IMG/VR virus record: IMGVR_UViG_2808606491_000002
Strand: one strand, 5' to 3'
From: an uncultured virus (IMG/VR IMGVR_UViG_2808606491_000002)
Lineage: Duplodnaviria > Heunggongvirae > Uroviricota > Caudoviricetes
Length of the DNA stretch: 20,000 nt
Shown here: in pieces, positions 7,799 to 15,360 of the stretch
How positions within the stretch are numbered: position 1 is the stretch's first letter
How the letters are laid out: each line of letters begins with the position of its first letter
Notes under the pieces: model-generated
The model's database searches: none
What the model was told of the DNA's origin: nothing
Seen by the model: only the letters and a program-made list of their open reading frames with translations
Translations under genes and position numbers: made by a program

Positions 7799-8292
7799 TG
7801 CCATGCCTCCTGACCGGCGCGCACGACTTGCGGCTGCTCCAGCGTGAAGGTGGACTTGCCGGGGCGCACGGTACGAGCCGCCTCGAATTGCTTGCGGAAG
7901 ACGTCGGACCAGTTCTTGTACTTGTTCTCCGACACCTTGTAGGTGATGGTCATGTACTGCTCGGGGATGTCGCCCGAGGCGGCGATATTGCACGCCAGTT
8001 GCCTCAGCTTGGCCTGATCCCACACCACGTTGTTCACCAGTTCGCACTTCACGGTCTGGCCGTGGTCGTCAATGCGGACCGTGCCGTGGTCGCGGCCGGT
8101 TGCCAGAATGGCTTGGCGAGCCAGGTCGGCATAGCGCAGTTCATTGATCTGATCGGCGAATGCGCGCACCTCCTTGGTGAACGCGTGCAGTTGCTCGACT
8201 TGGGCGATGAACTGACGGTACGTGTCCAGCGGCGCCTCGGCGTAGTGCGCCGGGGGAAGGTGCATGGCGTGTTGGAGTGCGACGAGGTTCAT
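7795..8292 (-). CDS. Phage hypothetical protein, 165 aa
   Basis: Start ATG 8292 (RBS AAGGAG, ATGA overlap); GRDHGTVRIDD, VVWDQAKL, FEAARTVRPGKSTF. Confidence 0.78.
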   Translation of the reverse strand: MNLVALQHAMHLPPAHYAEAPLDTYRQFIAQVEQLHAFTKEVRAFADQINELRYADLARQAILATGRDHGTVRIDDHGQTVKCELVNNVVWDQAKLRQLACNIAASGDIPEQYMTITYKVSENKYKNWSDVFRKQFEAARTVRPGKSTFTLEQPQVVRAGQEAWQ

Positions 8293-8579
8293 TCTGCGGC
8301 TCCTTGCAGGTACTGGGCTGTGGCGGGTTGGCACGTGGCGATGTCACGCTCGGTTTCCTCGGACCGGCTGCTCGAGCTGGCGAACAGGTTCTCGAGCTCG
8401 AAGCGCTCGACGTCTTCCTGGCGGTACAGCACGGCACCGCCGATCTTGAGGAATCGCGGGCCGACACCGTCCGAGCGATAGCGTGCGATGGTGGCTTCGG
8501 CCTTGCCCCAGCGGAGGGCGAGGTCTCGCTGGGTCAGATGGGGACGCCTGGAGGCGTCGTGGGTCTGTTCAGACGACAT
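8289..8579 (-). CDS. Excisionase/AlpA-like winged HTH protein, 96 aa
   Basis: HLTQRDLALRWGKAEATIARYRSDGVGPRFLKIGGAVLYRQEDVERFE matches the MerR-superfamily/HTH_17 pattern. Confidence 0.88.
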   Translation of the reverse strand: MSSEQTHDASRRPHLTQRDLALRWGKAEATIARYRSDGVGPRFLKIGGAVLYRQEDVERFELENLFASSSSRSEETERDIATCQPATAQYLQGAAE

Positions 8580-8666
8580 GGAATCTTGCGTTCAAATGTG
8601 GATACACACCGGTTGCGAAGGCTTGCGCCAGCGCTGCAACCGATGTCCGTATCGTCTCGAACGGGA

Positions 8667-8916
8667 TTCCTCAGACCGTTCCTCAGATTCCTCAAACTCG
8701 TTCCTCAAATCGAATCTGTGTGGTCCAGATGCAAAAAAACCCGGTCTGATCGCGATCAGTACCGGGTTGCTGAGGTGGTTTGGGTGATGGGTGATCGGAA
8801 CGGCGTGACTGGTGCCAACCTGAGGAAAGCGCTCCTGAGCCTACCCAAGCCGGCCCCCTACAAGAGAGACCAGACGTTCCGAGCGTTCCTCAGATTCCTC
8901 AAACGAGTTCCTCGGA
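8667..8916. repeat. Duplicated clusters of TTCCTCA(G/A)A direct repeats (candidate operators)
   Basis: Units at 8667, 8679, 8688, 8701 and 8886, 8895, 8908 (variant); identical 21-mer CGTTCCTCAGATTCCTCAAAC at 8677-8697 and 8884-8904; an inverted unit at ~8820-8827. Confidence 0.85.
8733..8768 (-). terminator. Rho-independent terminator between the two repeat clusters
   Basis: Minus strand AACCCGGT-A-CTGATC-GC-GATCAG-ACCGGG-TTTTTTT. Confidence 0.75.
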
Positions 8917-9281
8917 CCGATTTGGGTTGTCCGGGCATCGGGTCCAAGTAGCCAAGCCGGCGGCAATGCCGCATGAAGCCCTCCCAGCTATCGCAGCGCA
9001 GCTACGATAGTAGCGGTGCCTGTGGGAGGGCCTGGGATCGTCCGTGAAGAACGGACGGAGGCCGAGTTCGGCCAGCTGCAGCCGCTCGCGAACACCGAAA
9101 AGCAGGAAGATGAAAAACCGCAGCAAGCGCGAAAGCTGACATTAACGTTTGACATGAGCGGCTGCAGGCGCTGGTGACAACGGACCATCTGCCTGCTGTC
9201 ACTGACCGCGCCAGTTGGTGCTGACCGAGCGACCGGTCACGTTGGCGTCGCTGGCGGCTTGTCAGATGATTTCCCCATGAC

Positions 9282-9310
9282 GCCCGGGCTTCGCACCGGG
9301 CTTTCCTTCT
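9282..9310 (+). terminator. Terminator-like hairpin
   Basis: GCCCGG-GCTTCGCA-CCGGGC-TTTCCTTCT just beyond the stop of 9317-9973. Confidence 0.4.
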
Positions 9311-9316
9311 GCTGCG

Positions 9317-9973
9317 TCACGGCTCGACTACCACAGTGATGACGACATGCGGCACCGCGTCATCGAAAACCTGCTGTACGGCAACATTCCGATTGGGCCA
9401 GTCGTCAGGGTTGGGCAACCGTCCAGGCTCACACAAGTGCACGAACACCGCTCCATGCTTCGGCCCGAGCACGCCCTCTGCGACTTCAACAACCCCCGTG
9501 AACGAGCTTCGGTCGCAGACAGCACCGGAGCCGTGTCCCGCATAGCCGCCGAGGTTCTCCACGCCTTGAAATACACCACCCAATGGTTGCTTCTTGCGCC
9601 GTCCGAACTTCTCCCCGAAGCTCTTGACGTGCAACGTCCCGTCCAAGTGGTAGCTCGTGTGAGGGTCCCAGTCCTTGCAGCCGCGCGGGACCATCACGAA
9701 GAACTCACCCTTCCTTGATCGCCTGACCCACAACGTCAGCCAAAGATCACCGCCATCCTTAATAGCGACCGCGTAACGGCTTTCTCCAGACTGCAGTACG
9801 GACAGCTTCATCAGTCCAACTTTCGGTGCAGCCTCCGCCCGCGTTCTAGACTCTTCGAACAACTCACGCCACGTCTCGAGCTGCTCCGCACTCAGCGCGG
9901 TCGGATCGATCGCCTGAAACGTCATCCAGCCCTCAAATGTCTTCAGATCGTCTTCGCTGATGAAGGCCGACAT
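9317..9973 (-). CDS. Hypothetical cargo protein, 218 aa, with His-rich motif
   Basis: Start ATG 9973 with RBS GGGAGGT; globular, beta-rich sequence; motif PHTSYHLDGTLHVK. Confidence 0.8.
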   Translation of the reverse strand: MSAFISEDDLKTFEGWMTFQAIDPTALSAEQLETWRELFEESRTRAEAAPKVGLMKLSVLQSGESRYAVAIKDGGDLWLTLWVRRSRKGEFFVMVPRGCKDWDPHTSYHLDGTLHVKSFGEKFGRRKKQPLGGVFQGVENLGGYAGHGSGAVCDRSSFTGVVEVAEGVLGPKHGAVFVHLCEPGRLPNPDDWPNRNVAVQQVFDDAVPHVVITVVVEP

Positions 9974-10105
9974 GTTACCTCCCGCGTTCGCTGTGAATTG
10001 AGGTAAGGCGCCCCGCGCGCGCACTTGGAGGTTGAGCGGACAGCGCCTCTTTCAGGAAATGAAAAATTTGCTTGAATTTCGCGAGTGAACCATGCATTTC
10101 GTATG

Positions 10106-10759
10106 CTATGCATCCTTCCATGTGGCATGTAGCCAATCTTCAGCCTGAATCAGGTTCTTCTGACGAAGCTCTTCATATCGCAAACCATTGCGGATAACGT
10201 CGAGCAGCGCATTACCATCACTCGACATGATGAAGTGCTCGTACCCGACCTCGCTATCGTGATAGTGCGCTTCGATCTTGTTCATGTAGATTCGGAGCAG
10301 AGACAGGGCATCTTCAATCATTTGCCGAGAAATGCCAGGAAGCGGATCTGGGCTCGATTTCATCGAAGTTGTAAGATCAAGGTGGGCGAGTTGCTTGTTT
10401 CTCCAGATCCTGAACGGTTTGCACTTATCGTGAAGCTCGTCGAGCATCGGGCGCATCTGCCTCGCTACACTCTGATCGCCGTATTTTTTCAGTTGAAGCT
10501 GAAGGTGTTCGAGCGATAGATTGGCGTGCTTGCCCCTGCATGCAGGATCCGTGAGCTTACTGAGGGTGATTTGCACATCACCAATGAGTAGGTCTTGAAT
10601 TATGTAGAAGAATGCCGAGGCGCACTCATTGAGCATGTCGATCCGTCTGGTCGATTCACCGAATAGCTGCCTGTACACGATCCATCGACCATGAAGCCAA
10701 GTAACCTCAGTTTTGAGCGCTTCGTAGACTTCGGCGATACGTGCGGGAATCGTGGTCAT
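10106..10759 (-). CDS. HEPN-domain protein, AbiU2-like (putative RNase), 217 aa
   Basis: Start re-assigned to ATG 10759 (MTTIPAR). All-helical; LSKLTDP...NLSL; HEPN R-x5-H motif WRNKQLAHLD. Confidence 0.75.
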   Translation of the reverse strand: MTTIPARIAEVYEALKTEVTWLHGRWIVYRQLFGESTRRIDMLNECASAFFYIIQDLLIGDVQITLSKLTDPACRGKHANLSLEHLQLQLKKYGDQSVARQMRPMLDELHDKCKPFRIWRNKQLAHLDLTTSMKSSPDPLPGISRQMIEDALSLLRIYMNKIEAHYHDSEVGYEHFIMSSDGNALLDVIRNGLRYEELRQKNLIQAEDWLHATWKDA

Positions 10760-11096
10760 TATTTGGCTTCTCGGGGTATTGCGACTGGATGCCTGATGAT
10801 TGACACGTGCAGCGTAAAGAAACTGCAGGCCGCGCAGCACTTGTCTTACTGCCAATGGAGAATTGCGGCCCAAAGGACAGGGAGGCGAATCATCCGGACC
10901 GCAACCTTTGGAGCTTCCGTTGAGAGCATCTCCGCTGGCCTTGGCAGAAGGGTGCGGCAATGACTCCCCACGCCAATGAAGGCCAGTGCGCAAATCTTGC
11001 ACAAAAAAGTGCGAGAGTCCTGCATTTGTACGCTCGCAAAATGCAAGCGTTCTGGCTGCAATCCTCTTGCTAGCCTCCCAATATAGCACTTGGGAG

Positions 11097-11273
11097 GATG
11101 CAGGCTATGGGGCGCACACCATGCGTCGGACCAAAGCATCGCTGATTTACCGCCGCACGAAAAACCTACGGGCGGTACAGTTACTCGGTCACACGAAGCT
11201 CGAAAGCATGGTGCGATACCTCGGCATCGAGGTCAACGATGCGCTCGAGATCGCAGAACAGACGGAGGTTTGA
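11097..11273 (+). pseudogene. C-terminal remnant of a small tyrosine recombinase/integrase
   Basis: YGAHTMRRTKASLIYRRTKNLRAVQLLGHTKLESMVRYLGIEVNDALEIAEQTEV has H-x-x-R, LGH and the catalytic Tyr. The N-terminal part with the first Arg is missing, and one Leu of the usual QLLLGH is lost. Confidence 0.88.
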
Positions 11274-11281
11274 GCCAAGGT

Positions 11282-11313
11282 TGGCCGGACAGTGACTGGG
11301 CACTGTCCGGCCA
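11282..11313. repeat. Perfect 13-bp inverted repeat directly after the recombinase stop
   Basis: TGGCCGGACAGTG-ACTGGG-CACTGTCCGGCCA. Confidence 0.85.
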
Positions 11314-11461
11314 GTTGCGGTCACTCGACACTGACTCTAAGATCGTTGACAATCAACGGGCAGTTGCAGGCGGATGTCATGCCAGCATGCGGTGCGCGGG
11401 ATAGCCATTGCTGCGGGAGCGGCGAAAGCCGAGGTACACACAACAAACTCTGGAGTTCATT

Positions 11462-12742
11462 GTGACACTAGAAGTGATACATCGAACCGCGGACGTCTAC
11501 GGGATTGGGCGCGAGTTGCCGCTCAACTATGTATCTCGCAAAGCTGTAGACGAACACTTCGTCGCAAATCTCACGCGCGACAAGCACGTCATCATTTACG
11601 GCAGTTCCAAGCAAGGTAAAACGTCTCTTCGCAAGCATTGCCTTCAAGATGACGACTATATCGTCGTTCATTGTTCCAACAAGTGGGGGATAGCAGACCT
11701 TCACTCCGCGATTTTAAAGCGCGTCGGTTATGAGGTAACGCAAGCGTCAACGCGCACAACTTCTGGCCGGAACAAGATCGTTGCGGCATTTAAAGCTAGG
11801 ATTCTCGGCGTAGGAGTCGAGGCAACAGGCGAGCAGGAAGAGTCAAAGACGAACGCAGTTACTACTGCCCCACTTGAGCTCGATCCAGAGGACGTAAACG
11901 ATATCATCTCCGCCCTCAATGGGTTCTCTAAGTTCATTGTTCTTGAAGATTTTCACTATCTTCCCATCGATACGCAGAAAGATTTCTCGGTTGCGCTCAA
12001 AGCATTCCACGAGCAATCAAAGCTATGCTTTATCATCGTCGGCGTCTGGTTGGAGGAAGGACGTCTCACTGTCTACAATGGCGACTTGACGGGGCGTATC
12101 GTTGGAGTTAATGCGGATAAATGGACTAGAGAAGAACTTCGCGATGTCATCGCTGCTGGCGAAGCACTTCTTAATATTTCATTCGCATCTTCTTTCAAGA
12201 ATGCAGTCATTGGTGGCTGCCTAGACAGCGTCTATATTGTTCAGGAGGCTTGCTATCAGGCGTGCGTGAGGGAAGGCATTAGCGCCACTCAGGATGAATT
12301 GCATCAGGACGTCGGAAAGGATGTAGATGTTTCTTCCCTAATTAGGGAGGTCGTAAATCAGCAGACTGGGCGATACAATTCGTTCATTACGCTCTTCGCA
12401 ACCGGCTTCCAGGAAACTACTCTGCAAATGTACAAGTGGCTTCTATATCCAATTCTTACGGAAAAAGTCAACACTCTGGAAGCTGGCCTGACTTATCGCA
12501 ATTTGCGCGATATCTTGCGCAAGCATCACCCGGAAGGTGTTGCCCTAAACATCGGGAACCTCACTCAGGCGCTTCAGTCCACCGCCTCACTCCAAGTTAA
12601 GAAAGAGATCAAACCAATCGTGCTGGATTATGACCAGACGAATCTCAAGCTCAACGTGGTTGATCGGGGCTTTCTTATCTGGCTCGGAAATCAGGATCGT
12701 AAGGAGTTGCTGGAACTCGCGGACCTCCCCACGGCCGCTTAG
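11462..12742 (+). CDS. P-loop NTPase (AAA+/STAND-like) with probable C-terminal winged helix, ~426 aa
   Basis: GTG 11462 with RBS GGAG (ORF is open from 11408). YVSR pre-P-loop motif, Walker A YGSSKQGKTS, Walker B FIVLEDFH; visibly lower GC than the prophage core. Confidence 0.85.
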   Translation: MTLEVIHRTADVYGIGRELPLNYVSRKAVDEHFVANLTRDKHVIIYGSSKQGKTSLRKHCLQDDDYIVVHCSNKWGIADLHSAILKRVGYEVTQASTRTTSGRNKIVAAFKARILGVGVEATGEQEESKTNAVTTAPLELDPEDVNDIISALNGFSKFIVLEDFHYLPIDTQKDFSVALKAFHEQSKLCFIIVGVWLEEGRLTVYNGDLTGRIVGVNADKWTREELRDVIAAGEALLNISFASSFKNAVIGGCLDSVYIVQEACYQACVREGISATQDELHQDVGKDVDVSSLIREVVNQQTGRYNSFITLFATGFQETTLQMYKWLLYPILTEKVNTLEAGLTYRNLRDILRKHHPEGVALNIGNLTQALQSTASLQVKKEIKPIVLDYDQTNLKLNVVDRGFLIWLGNQDRKELLELADLPTAA

Positions 12743-12956
12743 CCGGGCGACTAAACCCTCCCGGGCTGCTGCACCGGTTATTCTGGGCCTTCGAGCGACC
12801 GCTTGCTGCGGACACGGACTGACTGTTACAGGTCGTTTAGCGACGCTGCCCCCGCAGCAGGTCGGCGAGGAACCCCAAGATTCGCCTGGCCTGATTGCTA
12901 TCGAAGCTTGGCTAGAGGGCCGTTTGCCCTGTGAAGCCGGTGATGCATCACTGCAG

Positions 12957-13931
12957 TTACCCCAGCCACTCCCTGTCCCCGTCGGGAATGATGAGTGCGT
13001 AGCGGTCGTCATCTCGCAGATAGCGGATGAAGGTCTTGTAGGCGACCAGGTTCCGGTCGAACTCTTTGCTCGGGGAGAACCGTTGCGCCTGCGAGCCACA
13101 AGCGGTCTTGAGCGCCTCCTTGCCCATCTCGTGATCGAGATCACTGATCAGGGCGAGCAGTATCGCCTGCTGGCGCGGCTCCAGCGTATATTCGGCGCCC
13201 TCGATGAAGGCTTTGCCCAGCGTGCGCACGTAGCGCAGAGTAGTCTGCCCCCTCGCCTGCGGTTGAGCCTCTTCAACCTGCTGCGCCCCCAACTCAGCCT
13301 GCCGGTCCGCAAAGAACTCGAAGCGGCTCTGGCCAATCCGCGCGACACTGCGAAGCGTGCGCACGTCGAAGCCCGTCAGCGGTGAGCCGATGGGCAATGG
13401 GAGGTCGCTGCTGGTCAGCACCACGCAGGAAGCGCCAGTGCGCTCGAGCTGGATCTGCTCGCGCAACCGCGCACCGACCTCCGGCCGCCCAAGCTGTCGG
13501 GCGAAATACCACGTCAGCGGCTTACCTCGCGTCGGCTCCGTCGTGCCCAACCGCCATACCCGATCGGGCTCAATGACTTTCATGCCGCCGGCGTTCATCC
13601 CCAGCCCGCTCAACACGGCTGCGACGGCCCGCGCCGGCACCGCCTTGTACGTTTCCCGCAGACGACGCGACGCGTCAACATCCTCGCATTCCGGGCAAAG
13701 CAGTGCGATCCGGTCGGCCGACACATCGCGCACCACCCGTGCGAGTTCCGAGCAGCACTCCGGACAGTTGACCCAGTCCAGCGGGTGGCCTACCACCAGC
13801 AGCCGCTCGCGCAGCAGATGCGTCGCAGCCTCCGCCCCCGCGTCGAACAGGGCCTGGCCGTTGTATTCGGGCTTATCGCGCTCCAGCAGCCGGCATAGCA
13901 ACACCGTGGCATCAACCTGAGCCTGACTCAT
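12957..13931 (-). CDS. Uncharacterised phage protein with Zn ribbon and predicted C-terminal winged HTH, 324 aa
   Basis: CPECC...CPEC; C-terminus AFIEGAEYTLEPRQQAILLAL...MGKEALKTACGS resembles an OmpR/PhoB-type DNA-binding domain; ATGA overlap with the upstream gene. Confidence 0.8.
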   Translation of the reverse strand: MSQAQVDATVLLCRLLERDKPEYNGQALFDAGAEAATHLLRERLLVVGHPLDWVNCPECCSELARVVRDVSADRIALLCPECEDVDASRRLRETYKAVPARAVAAVLSGLGMNAGGMKVIEPDRVWRLGTTEPTRGKPLTWYFARQLGRPEVGARLREQIQLERTGASCVVLTSSDLPLPIGSPLTGFDVRTLRSVARIGQSRFEFFADRQAELGAQQVEEAQPQARGQTTLRYVRTLGKAFIEGAEYTLEPRQQAILLALISDLDHEMGKEALKTACGSQAQRFSPSKEFDRNLVAYKTFIRYLRDDDRYALIIPDGDREWLG

Positions 13932-15214
13932 GCGATTGCGGCCCCCCTGGGCACCAGCGCGGCCTCGTCCTCCGCGTCGATCACCATCAGCGCCTGCAGA
14001 ACCTTGCGGGCCAGCACCTGGTTTCTCAGCGACAGGTTTTTGATAGTAGACACGCCCGAAGCACGGATGTTGAAGCTGAAGTGGCCGGCGCGGCCGCCAT
14101 CGGCCACCTGCGTGTAGACGATGACGGTCGCAGCGTCGAGGTGATATTCAGCCTCGAACATATGCTCGACTTTGAGCGCCGCGCGGGCGATGCGGATTGC
14201 GTCACCCTGGGCCTTGTCGGGGGAAGCCTCGACGGTGAAGCTAACGCCCGCGATGCCCACTGGCGTCAGGCGTGCGCGGCGCAGACGGACCATTTCCACA
14301 CCGTAGGCCGACCAGTCCTCGTAGGGCTGCAGGCCGTCACGCAAAGCGTTGAGGTGGTAGCGCTGCGGCTCGATCCGCTCGGGGGCAAGATCCTGCTGGA
14401 CGACATGCTTGCCAAACAGTTCCAGCATCGCGGTGTGGTTCTTGGCGCCGCCCTTGACGACGGTTTCCACTTCGCCGGTCGCCGGATGGTAGACCAGCGC
14501 CGACTCCAGCGCGACGCGTGTGGTGACGCGGGTGAAATGGCTCTGCGAGAAGTGTGTCAGCGCGGTCACCGGCCCCTCGACATAGAGGGTCAGCTGGAAA
14601 CTGGACATGGCATTCGACACGCCTGAAGCGCATCGCCGTTCGGAGAGCTCGATGTGCACGCCGTCGCCGCCGCCGGACTTCTTGTACAGCTGCGCCACGG
14701 CGTGGCAGAACTGTTCAAGCCGCGTGCGTTCGTGCGTCAGCTCGAGGCCGCGCTGGATGCGGTGTTTCTTCCAGAACTTGCCGCTGGTCTTCGCCCGAAA
14801 GGCCAGGTGCAGTTCAACGTCGCGGAAAATCTTGTCGCGGAATGCCAGCATCCACAGCGCGATCTCTCGTTCGTCACGGGAGGCAAATGCCTCCAGCGCA
14901 TCGGGATCGTCCTGGCATGCGCGCCGGAACTCGACCCCCGCGAGCCCGTTGGCCATCAGGTGGGCCCGCCGCAGGTCATCGGACCAGAGCAACAGATCGT
15001 GCTCAAGTGCTTCGCGGTCGCGTGGGGAGAGATCGGTGGTGGCAACTTGGTGCGCCAACGCCTCAACCGCGTAGCAAAGCGCCCCCGACAAGGTGTCGTC
15101 CGGCCCGGACCAGTCCACCACCAGACGCGGCGCCAGCACATGCGCCTGCACGAACTCATGCAGCGCGCGCGCCGCGATGTGCCTCAGAAAATGCCGGGCA
15201 TTGAAAACCTTCAC
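13928..15214 (-). CDS. Uncharacterised phage protein, 428 aa
   Basis: Long ORF with GTG start, coupled to 12957-13931; no catalytic motif recognised. Confidence 0.8.
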   Translation of the reverse strand: MKVFNARHFLRHIAARALHEFVQAHVLAPRLVVDWSGPDDTLSGALCYAVEALAHQVATTDLSPRDREALEHDLLLWSDDLRRAHLMANGLAGVEFRRACQDDPDALEAFASRDEREIALWMLAFRDKIFRDVELHLAFRAKTSGKFWKKHRIQRGLELTHERTRLEQFCHAVAQLYKKSGGGDGVHIELSERRCASGVSNAMSSFQLTLYVEGPVTALTHFSQSHFTRVTTRVALESALVYHPATGEVETVVKGGAKNHTAMLELFGKHVVQQDLAPERIEPQRYHLNALRDGLQPYEDWSAYGVEMVRLRRARLTPVGIAGVSFTVEASPDKAQGDAIRIARAALKVEHMFEAEYHLDAATVIVYTQVADGGRAGHFSFNIRASGVSTIKNLSLRNQVLARKVLQALMVIDAEDEAALVPRGAAIA

Positions 15215-15360
15215 TGCAACAACCCCACCTGCTGTAGCTGTTTGACGGGCCTTTCGGCGAGCGGGCAGCGCAACTGGTCACCCGCTTGCTCCAATACGGC
15301 AGGGGATTGTAGGACTGCGAGCCGCGGCGAATCCTCACAAGTTGCTCACAGCAGATCTAA

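Larger units (their letters stand above)
1..15340 (-). mobile_element. Prophage / phage-like integrated element (replication module, packaging-initiation region, methyltransferases); extends beyond the window on the left, right boundary uncertain
   Basis: Co-directional, translationally coupled genes (ATGA overlaps at 374-377, 2878-2881, 7795-7798, 8289-8292, 13928-13931) for a P4-type primase, AAA ATPase, SSB-like protein, HTH and ParB-MTases, plus a cos-like site. Confidence 0.85.

Noticed and set aside
377..8481. Long plus-strand ORFs (377-1846, 3245-4228, 4301-5464, 6134-7813, 7798-8481)
   Set aside because: Antisense shadows of high-GC minus-strand genes with no recognisable motifs.
8667..8916. 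CRISPR array
   Set aside because: Units are 7-9 bp with 0-4 bp gaps, there are only two long copies, no regular spacers and no cas genes.
8978..9031. Hairpin GCCCTCCCA...TGGGAGGGC with inner CTATCG/CGATAG as a tRNA or known ncRNA
   Set aside because: No cloverleaf, T-loop or recognisable family motif; the hairpin is real but its function is unassignable.
8899..9202. Small ORFs 8899-9126, 8988-9188 and 9002-9202
   Set aside because: No RBS or motif support; they overlap repeat and hairpin-rich non-coding sequence.
9290..9297. Extra copy of the cosB-like repeat (TTCGCACC)
   Set aside because: A single 8-bp match 7 kb away inside a terminator-like hairpin; plausible by chance.
10760..11089. 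110-aa N-terminal extension of the HEPN protein
   Set aside because: Composition is not domain-like and the region is better explained as structured non-coding sequence; not formally excluded.
10986..11273. Functional prophage integrase or integron integrase
   Set aside because: Only ~59 C-terminal residues are homologous; the first catalytic Arg and the DNA-binding domain are absent.
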